Shown piece after piece: positions 6,841 to 18,900 of a stretch of DNA of 24,073 nt. The number at the start of each line of letters is the position of its first letter. The stretch's first letter is position 1. Under the pieces are notes generated by a model that saw only the letters and a program-made list of their open reading frames with translations, was not told the origin of the DNA and did not search any database. Made by a program: the position numbers and the translations under genes. Source of the DNA: a virus (Duplodnaviria > Caudoviricetes); the IMG/VR virus record IMGVR_UViG_3300021093_002702, positions 1-24,073 of that record; one strand, written 5' to 3'.

Positions 6841-6951
6841 TCACTTCTTTTTCTTCTTCTTTGAATTGCCCGTCTTTAGAATGACAAACCCAGTTGGGTC
6901 ATCGGCGGCAAACCTATTCGGTAGCAAAGGCTTGGAGTTTTTCTTTTTCAT
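6841..6951 (-). CDS. Small basic protein (36 aa)
   Basis: Hand translation: MKKKNSKPLLPNRFAADDPTGFVILKTGNSKKKKKK. It has an AGGTG SD-like site upstream and fills the gap between the giant ORF and 6834. Confidence 0.6.
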   Translation of the reverse strand: MKKKNSKPLLPNRFAADDPTGFVILKTGNSKKKKKK

Positions 6952-6966
6952 TGTTACACCTACATT

Positions 6967-9900
6967 TTAATCTAATACAACTTCAACCGTAACATAGCCG
7001 TCGTCAATTGACACGATTTTTAACTTTGTGCCCCTTGGAAGCAAAAATTCCGCTTCTTCAATCACTTGTGCATTACCTTCCCAATCGTAATTACCTCCTT
7101 CTTCACGGGGTGTCAGTGCTGTGGTTATTGTGCCGCGCGCGCCTGCGGGAACAAGTATTTTTAATATTGGCATCGCCCTCAAGCGAGACCTATCTTTACC
7201 ACGGTACGAAGCCGAAAACATATCCCATTTCGCCCATCTGCTGTTTTGTGGTGGCTGGTCGTCACCGTAGTCGCGATATTGCATGGTGATTGCGGCAGGG
7301 CTCAATGACGTAGACATATATCCCTTTTCGCTGACGATTCCGCCAACACCAGCCTCGTCAATCATCTGCATTACTTTCCAATTTGTGATTCCCCTAAATA
7401 CCGTGATTGATTCTTCAAGTGGAGGAGAATCCTTAATTATTGAGTCAATGTTCGCAATTTTCTTGCGCGCATCGGTGACTTCTTTCTCTATGAGTTTTTC
7501 TGGAGACTGTACAATGCCATATTGGTCGGGATACTTCAAAGCGAAATTTGTCAAGGACCCCTGGTATCGACTCATTATGCGTTCGTTCTCTTTAATTATT
7601 TCTTGGAGGCGGTCGTCAGCATACTTTTCTGGGCCAAGTCTCAAAAGTCTATTTATGTCGAAATATCCGCCCCTACCGTACCCACCAAACCCAATCAAAG
7701 AATTAAATTTCTTATACGTTTCTTTGTCATCATTAATCTCGTGCTTGCCTGCAACAAGTTTTATCCCCACGCCCCCTTGCATATATGCGGTGTAGTGTTC
7801 GAGAAGTTTTTTAAAACGGGCAACATAACGCGGGAATCGGCGAGGCGGATATTGGCCAGTATCAATACGCCATCCAATTTCAGAAAAAATGGTGGGGTCG
7901 GGCTGAAGGTCTTCGGCTATTTCAGCAGCCAATGGGTCAGGATATGTCGGCAATAAGTCAAGGTTCTCACCAGTCGGGTCTATCCGCTCAATGTCTTTGT
8001 ATGGTGGTATGTGTCGTCGTTGTGGTGTGATTGCGGAACCAGATGACCTTAGCGTCGTCGTCACGTCCGCTGGGTCTGCGCCAGCCGCACCAGCATCTAT
8101 TGCTTCAAGCATTTCGTCAACTCTGGCAACATATTCATGGAATTGCGAAGTCGAACCAGCGATTCTTCTTTCCCTAAATCCGATTCTAGACCAAAACGGA
8201 TTACTACTATCTGTCGTTTCGAGGAAGACTTTTCTGACATTCCTGCCCCTGCCGTCTTCAAGCACTCTCTTGAAGAGATAACTTCCCATTCCAGGTGTGT
8301 TCTGGAAACTCACCAAATAGTCCACGAACATCATGCGCCCCGTGATTCTGTTGTCTGGGGGCAATGACTCTGGGTCATCACTGTAAGGCACGTTTGGTGT
8401 ATTGAACGTAACGTCAACACCAAGGAAACCCCACATAGCCATTCCAGCAAGTGTCCCATCGGGATTCGTGATGACCACGTACTTGTTGTCGTATTGGTCT
8501 CGTCTTGGGTTGTTGCTGTTTGCCCGTAGGGCTCTAATCATCAAGCGTGCCAGTCTGTTCGCCTCGTACGCTCTGTTGAGTACTTCTTCCTGTTGTTCAA
8601 GTTCATATAACAGTTCCTCAACTTCGGTCAGTCTGAAGTATCCCTTCTCCGTAAGTTCGCCAGCGTCTGCTCGTGACTCAAGATTCAATTGCTCATCTTG
8701 CAGTCTCATCTTCTTATCTTCCAACATTTGAGATGCTCTGTCGAGTTTCCTATCCGAGTCATCCAATAGTCTCGTAATCTTCTCATACTCTTGTACGGTA
8801 AAATCTTTTTCGGACTTTTCTGTGATGTTAAGAGAGTCAAGACGGTCTTGCGTCATTTGCGCCCGTCTCCCTATGCTGACCAATTCCCATCGCTTGTCTG
8901 GCGTAATTGGTGTTTCTCCACGCGACGGCGGCGGCCCTACGGGGCCTGGGACGTTGTTGCTGCTTGAACGCAATTGACCCAGGTTCCTGTCTCCAACCAT
9001 GCCCTGTTGTGCTGCCGTGGAAAGGAAATTTGACGTTTGCTCCCTGCGAGACGAGCGGTCGTCGTAATCCTCTTTGCGTAGGCGAATGAACTCAGCAAGC
9101 CCTTGTCGCAAGACATCAGGAAGGCGTGTTGATTTATCGCGTTTGCCAACTGCGCGCTTAAAGAGTTTTTCGGCAAGTTTCTCCAAGCCCTCGTCATCTT
9201 CTGGAATCGCTAGTTCTGGTTGCCCGTTCGGATGAAGTGGAGTGCTTGCAAAAGCCCACCCATGGAGTCTCAATACCTCTTCAATTTCATCAACAAGTTT
9301 CCTGAATATACGCTCACGTGTCGAATTGGAAAAGTTGGCGTCTGGTTGGTTGCTCATTAGGGCGTAAAGCGGGTCGTATGATGGCCCGCCCACTGCATCA
9401 TTGGCCTTAACCAAATCTCTCACGCGCGCCCGCGCATTGGAGGAGGCTCCGCCAGAACGTAGCGTTTTTGGCTTTTGCGACGCAATATAAGCGCGATAAT
9501 GCATCATCCTGTAGTTGTGGGCTGTCAATCGACTGACCCCTAGTATTTCCGCTGTTTCTTGGCCGCTGAATCCAAGTAACTTCATTTCATTTACAATCAT
9601 GTACACGTCTTCGTCGAGTTGCGGTCCCTTTGACGATTTCTCGTCTGCTGGTATGCCCTTATAAACCAAGTCGAGAAGTGATACTAAGTTGTCAAAATCT
9701 TGGGTTGATTTGGTGGTTGTTTCTTGGTCCACTCTCGCATCTTGGTCGCCAATGCCAATCTCATCGATAAACTTTCGTGCTGCGTCGGCTACCGACATGC
9801 CATTGGCACGGTTGTTTTTGTAATTGAAATAGGCGTCCTGTCTCTGCTGTCGTGTTATTTTGCGACTGTAATCCATTTCGCTGCGCGCACCTTGGGGGTC

Positions 9901-12900
9901 GGCTCCAACAAAACGTTTTCCAGTTCTTGAGACTTTGGTTATCTTGCCCTCGTTTTTCAATCTTCTCAGCAGTTTGCTCGCCTCGGGAGCGCCAATTCCA
10001 AGTTCTCTGGCTATTTCGCCACTGGCGTATCCAGCCTCGACCAATCTGATTACCGCTTGTTCGCGCTCAAGGTTGCGCGGTCTGCCACGAGGACGACGGG
10101 CCCCGCTGGAGCGAAGGCTTGTTTGTGACGATGGCGTGCGTTGCCAGCCAAGGTCTTCCAAATCAATCGTCACGAATGGGTCCCATGGCAATGTCGAATT
10201 CCAGTATGGGCGTATGTATGGGTCTTCGTAGTACGTTTCGGGGTCAAAGTAGATTCCCAAAGCCTTCATGACATCATCGCTGAGTTCGCCTGACTCGCGC
10301 AATCTTTCCAAACTCGTGTATTCATCTGGTCTTATGTTGCGCATGTTAGCCACACCATCCCAGTCTCCTCGCAAAGAGGCAACGATTTCTGCTTTCACTA
10401 TGTCATCAATGGTCGGGTCGTCGTTCACCTTTTGGATTGTGTCCTCAAGCATCCGTGTGAGTGTGCTTCGTCTCATTGCGGGAACCAGGCGTTGAGCGAA
10501 ACCACTTACGAGTTCCGTGTTTTTTAGAACCGACTTCACATCTTGTGAAAGCGAGTCGTATAGTTCCCTTTGCTCTCTGGTCCAATTAGCGCCAAGGCCC
10601 TCAGTGAGTGTCATTCGGTCAAAGCCTTCCGCCTGAAGTTTTTGTATGTCAGCAAAGTTTCTCCACCACGCGGGGCCCATCAATGCGTACGGCCAGAAGT
10701 TGGACATGTATTCGCCATGACGAGTAAATCCCTGTCCAAGGATGAAGTGCCCGATTTCGTGTGTGCCAGACTCAAGCGTGCTATCGTCGGTTATTCTTGG
10801 CATGTTCGGGCTACCGAGTTGCATGGACAAGAATGCGTCCAGCGCGGACTCAAACATATTGGCTTCGCCAGATACGTCTGTTGCCGCCATATTTGAGAAC
10901 TCACCCTTACTATGCGAGAACATGTCGGCCATCTGTCTAACTCTTGCTCGCAGTTGCTCGCTGTTGAGACCTTCTGATTCCTTGAGCATCTGCACGAATC
11001 TTTGACCAAGTCGTTCGAACAGGTCAATGTGACCCTCAAGGCGCTCTATTTCCCTACGGACCAAACTCTCCATATGTCTGCCCGCTGGAGTTGGAGCGAA
11101 TTCCATTTGTTGTGCTTGTTCACGCGCTTTGGCAAGTCTCTGGCGAAGCGCCGCAAGGCTTCCTTTACGAGAATCACCCCTGAACTCTGCTTGCAAGTTA
11201 TCGCGTGTCCCCACAATGTCATGGTCGAGAACCCCAACAGCCTCCAGCATTGCGCCCATGATTGCGTCGTTGGTATTGCCGAAAAGCAAGTCATTGTAAT
11301 GTGGGTTTTCTCTTCCAAGGCCCTCGATTATTTGTCGTGGGCTCAACGGACTACCGTCATATACTGATACTGACTTCTTGACGGTCATAATCACATTGCG
11401 CCTAGCATCTGTGTACGTCCAGGAATCACCAACATATTGGCCGAGACCCGCATCAAGAAACATCTTGTACGCACTTGTTCCGCCTATGAACCCAGCGCCA
11501 ACGCGCGTGAAAGTCCCATCTTCGCGGCGGTGTTCGTAAGAGCCAAACATCTTGTTCAGGCGATTGAGTTCGCGCGCCCATACGGCGTTTATCGCCATGA
11601 GTCGGTCGTACGTTGGAGAACCCATAGTGCGTATAAGGGCTATGTCTGCTTCGTCGCCAAGAACATCGGCAAGTTCGCTATGGATTGGCCCGTTCACTTT
11701 CTTGACACGATGCCCCTCAATCGCTATGACTCCCCAACCAGACTGCGAAGCCAACTTGGCTGCTTCCGTGACGATTGCTTTAAGTACGGTCTTGTCTTCG
11801 TCTGTAAATGGGGTATCACTGATTGGCTGGTACGTGCCATAGTCGGTCTCTATGGTTTCGGTTTCATTATCAATACGACGCATCAGCATCTCTAACGGTT
11901 GTGCGGTCTGTCGGTTAAACAGTTCCAACAACACCTTGCCGTACTTGCCATCTGGGCGCATGTCCTCTTCTTTTACGCCATATGCGCCGAGTCGCTCAAT
12001 AAGTCTGTTGCGGAATCTGTCAGGCTTTGGCGTGCCGATTACCGATGGTGCTGCGCCCCGCGTTGGTGACCCAGATGACCGCAAGTTCACTCCGTTAATC
12101 ATTGGGTATGGCGCTCCGCGTGCGCCCATTGAGCGCAAACTCATGATGTATTCGTCATCTGCAAGGTCTGGTCTGTGTGGTGTGAGTAGACGTTTGGCTG
12201 AGTTGATGGCGGCTTCTCTTTCGCCCTCGTATGGCGTTCTGCGAGCAAGGCGCGCCGATGCGATAATCTTTTTCCATATCCTCTCTGGTACGCCACGTGG
12301 CACGGACGAGGAGTCAGATGGGGTTGCGTCAATAAGCGCTTCTTCGTAGTCGGCGTTGTACTCTTCGCGAAGCAACTGGTCGTGGTCTCTAGACCATCGG
12401 CTACGTTCGCCTGCGGTTATTCCCTCAAATACGGGGTCCAACATATCCTCAAGTCGTCTGCGTGTTGACTTCTCTCTGAAGTCAGCACCAGGCATGACAT
12501 CAAACCATCGGGCTGGTCTAGACCTCTTCCACGCATCAAATCGTTGGTCAAAGAAACCCCTGTAAATCCACTCAAGCCAATGGTTCGCCTCGTATGAACC
12601 GATGTCCTCGTCGTCCAACTCATGGTCTTCTAGGTCAACGCCGTCAACAAGTTCGTCTTCGTCTGTTGCGTCCCTTTGTATTTGCCACCTGATGTCAAAA
12701 TGGTCATCGTCGTCAAGCAAGTCTTGGAGTATCTTGTGTCGCGCTTGTAGGTCGTCGGCTGACGGGGCCGCTGACGCCTGTGCGTCAAGGGCGGCAAGCA
12801 CGTCCTGAAGTCTCTGTCTGTAGTCCTCTGGGACATCCAAGCCGACTTGTTCACCAAGGAACTTGCGAATGGCATAAGCAAGGCCCGCACGGTCTTGATG

Positions 12901-15900
12901 TGCGTCAAGCATTTCATTCAGTGTGTTGATGTCGCTTGCGATGGTATCCGATATGTCTTTTTGTTCCATTTCCAACAGAATTTTCTCTGCCATCACCGCA
13001 TCGAACTCTTTGTCTATTTCGTTGTCAATCTCTGGCGTCAATTCGCCAGCGTTGTCAAGGTCAAGGTACCTATTGTCGAGTTCTGAGAGTTTCTCGTCTA
13101 GCGCTTCTATTCTTTCTGTCAACTTCGTATGTCTGTCAATGCGGGTTTGTATGTCAGCAGCGTACATTTCGGGTGTTACACCAGGAAGAGACCGACCTGC
13201 TTTTCGTCTGTTGTTGCGACCAGCAAACCACGCACGCTCCTGCTTCTTGGCAGTCTCAAACGCCGTATTGCCCCCAAGACGGAGAGCCCGTGGCGGTTCT
13301 ATTCCATACTCTTGCCTGATAACTCGGCTGTATGCGTACGTACTCATCTGTGTGGCTGTGACACCAAGCGGGTCAGTCATGCGTAGCAGCGTCGGGGCTC
13401 CGTCGTCGTCGAGCAACATCGTTGTCGCTATACCACTACTGCGTAGCGAACGAGGATTGCGAGGGGTGACAGACATACCGCTAAAACGCCTGATGTCAGA
13501 AAGCGACACGGCTTCGTCAACCATTGTCAAGGAGCCTCTGTTGAGAACGTGGATTCTTGACCGAGCCAAGGCACTTTGGCTTTCGGACAAGAAGTCGTAG
13601 CCAAGAAGAATCGCTGCGGTTTGTCTTTTACGTGAGTCCGCGGTTGGGTCAGTAAGCGATGAGAAAAGACCGAACAACCAACTTGCCTGCTCTTTAACCG
13701 ACTGCCTATCGCTGTCGCTGCCACGCTCGGAATATGTCAAGTGGTCGGCGAACATGCCGAATATTGAGTACATGTCGTCTTTCTTTTGATTAGATAGTCC
13801 GAACTCGTCAAGATAGTTCATCAAGGCTGCGCTATTGACCGTGTACACATCTCCGTGGCCGCGTATGAGTAGATATTCACCTCTCACCCGTACGTTCTTT
13901 AGGGCAGATATTGCGCTCCATGGTGAATCAAGGTCGTCCCTATCAGGCAACAAGCCCTTCATCACATCGTCAAGGTCACGTGCCAACAGGCCCAATCCTG
14001 CCCGTGTTACCCATCTGGCATTCTTGTCTGTGACACCGAGTAGGGCCACCTTGTTTCTTGCTGGGTCGACTGTTGGGTCGTCTGGGTCGGCAAACCTATC
14101 CGTGTACATGTCTGGAGTGGTTGTGAAAATCGGGTCAAGAAGGAATGAATCTTCCTCTTCGTCCCATTCCGTGCTTCTGTTGCCCGTGAGGAAGTTGCGT
14201 ACCGTGAGTCGCGCGAATCGGTTCCGCATGCGAGAGTCTTGTGTTATGCCAACAAGAATTATGCCGTCCGTATCTTCGCTCTGATTAATCCATGGATTGG
14301 GGGTGTTTTGACCGTAGTTTGCTGCGCGCTTCAGACGGGCATCGGCATCGTACGGCTGAATCAGTAGTGGTAGTTCGTCGCCGCCAGTCGTCTCTCGCGT
14401 ATGTAGTAGTTCTTGTGTCGGGTCCGTATCGCCCGTGATTGAGTTGCGTGAACTATTGAATATTCCGTTTAGTCTGCCAACCCGTTCGCCAATAGTCTGT
14501 AGCGCACGTCTGCTTAGTTCTTCTTCCGTCACTACTTCGGGGTCAACTATGTCTCTTTGTACGACATCACCTTCTTGTTGGGCGAGTGCCCGTAGCGTTT
14601 CCCTTTCTGTTTCTCTCTTTGGAAGCATCAAGTCAAGCGCGGCCCCGCGTCTACGCTCCTCTGCGATTGCGGCACGACGAGCGATGATGGAAGCGGTCGG
14701 GTCATCATCGCTAATGACGAACGACGGCAGGTAATCTGGGTCGTTATCAACACTGTCGAGTTCCATTGAGAATTCACCGCTGTAGATGTTCCTAAAGAGT
14801 TCTTTCCAAGCGTTCTTTTGCGATGGCTCCATGCTTTCCACGTCAAGCAGGTTGGCAAGAAGGGTTAGCGACGCTTTGCGCTCAACGCCTGGTTCGCGGT
14901 TCCTGTCCTGTATCGCTAGGGCAAGCCACAAGCCGATGCGTTCACGCATTCTCATGTCGCTTTCGCTTATGTCTGCGTCCGTCTTGTCGCCAAACCCAGT
15001 CATACCAAGGACGTTATCTCTCAGGCTTGACGACGAGAACTTCCTTCTGCGCCCGCCATTCTTGTCAAGGCGAGCCTGAATCAGCGCTTCGTCAAGGTCG
15101 CCCATTGACTCGTGCGCACGCTTGCGTGTCGCCCTGTCGTTGGAGAGTGCGCCAACGATGAACTCGGCTGCTCTAATCAATTTCGCAAAGTCCACGCCCT
15201 GTTCGTCAAAGTCAAGGCGGCGTGTACCTGAGTCTTTGGGGTGAAAGCCATGACGGGGCCACACGATGGGGCCGTCCATCGCCGCCGACAGGGTAACGCG
15301 AGTGCCAGGATTCTGCTTCCACCATTGGAATGCGTGTTGATTCAGGATTGTGGCTGCGCCACGGTCTGGAATCCCCGTCATGTACATGTTTTCGTGACGC
15401 ACAACGAGTTCGCCGTTGGAGACGTATACGAGGCGCGTGAACGTACCCGCATCACCACTCGGCGGTTTCATCGACGGGTCATCGTAGAGTACCTTGCCGT
15501 AGTACTTAAATGCGGGTGAGTCTTCATCGCCAGGTCCAGTGTTCGTGCCTCTGAACGTAAAGATTGAGCCCTCCCACTCGTCAGTCTTTCGTGGGCGAAC
15601 AATCAACTCTGTGGAGCCCGTGGAAATGCTTTGTCCGCCTTTGTCCATTAGGTACGCGCGTTCACCAACAGCAAGCATGTCGCGAATGCTTTGTAGCACT
15701 TCTCGTTCCTCGTTATCAAGCGTTACGTCGACGGTCGCGGCTACCCATTTGCGTCCAGGTCTAAACTCTCCTCGTCCTCTTATCCTGCGCCCCATGCCCT
15801 CGTAGTAAATCGGCATTTCGCCACGCTCTAGCAATGCGTCGAGTTGGTCGAGCGACAACTCGGATTTGTAGCCATGGAAGCCGCCTATGACTTCTAGTTT

Positions 15901-18900
15901 CTGACTGGTTTCGCCCTGTATGCGGTCGACCCATCGTACTTCTGGCGCGCCGAGTGGTCCTGTGCGTAGAACGCCGTCAACGCGACCAAAGATGTTTTGT
16001 AGTACTTCCAAGCGTCGCTTCGGGTCGTATGCGGCGAACCGCTGTATCGTTCGTGCGTCGTCAACCCATGGGCGAGCGCCGCCGTACTTCTTGGCGATGC
16101 CTTCACGCGCCTTGTCTAGACGCTTGCTCACCGACCTGTTGAGCGTGGCACGTATGCGACCGAGCGTCTTTGCGACCAGTTGCCTTGCTGACTCTGACCG
16201 TTGTGCCGTGTTTTCGGCGATGATGTCCAACTCGTCGTCAATGTCCGCCCCCACACCGCTTGCGCCAGTAGAACGCAAGCCGTACATGCGCTCGTTTACT
16301 GCCGCTGTGTCCGTGCGACGCGCGAGGTCGACTTCCATGCGCTGTTGTTCTTCACGCGTGTAGCGCGGGCGCGGAGAACCGAACTTACGCATCGCGCCTG
16401 GCTTGTCGGAGAACCTATCGACTGGACGCATGGCGTCGTGTCGTGGGTCGTATGTTTCTACGTGCTTGATGGTTGCCGTAACCTGCCCGTCCACCATGTC
16501 GATGGCGACAACTTCGAACACCCCTTGCGTAAGGTATTGGTCGTTATCGACATCTATCGCTTTCGCGCCGCGTTGTATGCGAATGACCGCGTCACCCGCG
16601 TCCACGCGTGGGCGCGCGCGAGTGAACGCCGTAATCGGCAACGGGATGCGTTCGCCAACGACCAAGCCCTCTACGAGCGAACGCGGGTCGACGCGAACAA
16701 CGCGATACAACTCGTGCTTGTTCGGCTGCGTGCCCTGAACGGCTGAGTGTATGTGTGTGGCGTTCTTGAGCGCTGTCTCCACGCGCGCGCGTGAGGACGC
16801 TGGCAAATCGCGCACGCGACCGCTGACCAGTCCGCGGAGCATCGCTCGGTCGGTCTCTGACGTCGTGTCGTACGTCGGCACGTCGTCAACGAACATGCCG
16901 AACTGCGTTGCCGAGATGGCACGCACCATGTCGCCATCGTGCGGTTTGTTGCGGTTGACGAACGCACGCCCAGCGATGTATCCAAGCGTCGTTCGGCGCC
17001 GCATCGCCGCCGACTGCGCGTACGGGATACCAGTGTCGTAGAAACGATGGTCGCCAACGCTCAGTACGCGCGAACGTGCGCGGAAATCCGAAACGGTGAC
17101 GGGCGCATCGAATGCGTACAAGCGTTCGTCGGTATCTATGCCGATGTTGCTCGCGCCAGACCGCAAACGGCTGCGTTCGTCTGGGTCAAAGCGCATACTG
17201 CGTGAGTCGACCGCGCTGACGCGTCCAGCGGAGCGTAGCCCTGCCCTGTGTCCGTCTGGCCCGCGCCGTTCGTCTGGCATGATGGCTCGCTCCGTGGAGG
17301 TCGCTGGCACGAGGTCTGGCGCGAAATCGGTGTCGTACGTTCCGTCTCGCTTCTTTCGTCTTCTTCTTATTCCGAGGATGCCGTGCTTTTCGGTGAGCGG
17401 TCCGTCTTTATCTCTGCGCATGAAAATCGTCGTGATTATGTCGAGCATTGCGTCGTTGACCATGAACGGTTTGTCGCGGAAAATCCGCATGAACACGCCA
17501 AGCACTGCTTCTGGTATGCGCTCTTGCCACTTGAGTTGACCGTATGCCGTGCGTACGTACCCTTCCGTCGAGGTGGGTGCCTTCTGCGCCGCCAAGGAGC
17601 GTCTCTGTCTTAGGTCATCGCGAGATGCGAGCGGATTTCGCTCCAGTCCGCGTTCGCTTAGGTCTGCGAGCAGTCCACCTTGTTGGAAACCATCTTTGTA
17701 CAACCTGAACATGCCGAGTAGGAACGCATCTTCCATTTCTTTTCTGCTTGCGTATCCGTACTCTTCGTATTTGTCGAAGTCGATTACGGGTCTTTGTTGG
17801 GGTACCGCGCTACGGGGGTCGTTGGGGTCTCTGGCGTCGTACAGGTCGTCGCCGAGCAACTTTTTCCGCGTGTCATGCCAGAATTTCGCCCAACTTACGA
17901 CGCGACCATCGGTTTTTGCCTGAGCGTACGTAAATTCTGGGTCGCTGCTGATGTGAAAGCCGTGTTCCCACAATGTTTTGTCCAACCACTCGCGCGCTTT
18001 CGTGCGAGCGTCACCTGGTTTGTCGCCTGCCGCGATGAATTCGGCTTCCTTTTCTGCCGCCCGTGCGGTCAAAATGCGAATGCCTTCCATTTGTAGGTGT
18101 TCGTGATAAAAGTGGACCCACTCATGTAGCGGTGTCGCCGCTGGTCCGATTTGCGTGACCGAATTGAGGTTTTGCGTGTCGATAATGTCTTCGGATACGC
18201 CGATGGGCGTCATGAGCGAGATGTCTATGGTTTCTGGGGCGATGGAGATTATTCCAGAGCCTTTGGTCGTAAACGCGCCGAGACCTTCGGATGCGTAGGA
18301 GCCGAAAAGGTTCGGTATGTCGCCACCTTGGTCTATCGAGCGTGACGCTTTCCCGATTTCCCCATCGGCGGCAAGGAGGTCGTATGAACCCTGTTTCCCC
18401 CTGAGTAGGCGACTAAAAAACGAGTTAGTTTGTCGCCCCTGCTGGTCTTCTGTGGCTGTCATGCGGGAGCCTTCCGCTACGTAGAATTTTCTGTTGCCCA
18501 GTCTTCGCAAACGCGAAAGGAGTTTGCGGCGACCAGCGGGCGTTCTATCCCTGACCTCTGCTGCGGTTATGTACGCATCGTCTGGGAGCCTGTGTGCTTC
18601 CGCCGTAAACAGCGGGTGGAGAACCGTGTACGCTGGCACTCCGTATTTTTGCCATGCTTCGAGCATCATCGGGTTTTCCCGTAGCGCGCGCTCCAACACC
18701 GCTCGCAATTTTTGTATGGTGTCTTTATCGTGCGTGACCACGGGCATACCTTGCGGTATCGGGTCTCGCTTTATTAGGCCCATGCTTTCTGTATGTACTC
18801 TTGCGTCTAGGCGAACGTCGAGTTTTCTTCTACCCGTAGCGGGGTCGAACATGGCCAATGTTGTTTCTGACTGCCCTGGGAAAAGGATTTGTGCCGCGTG

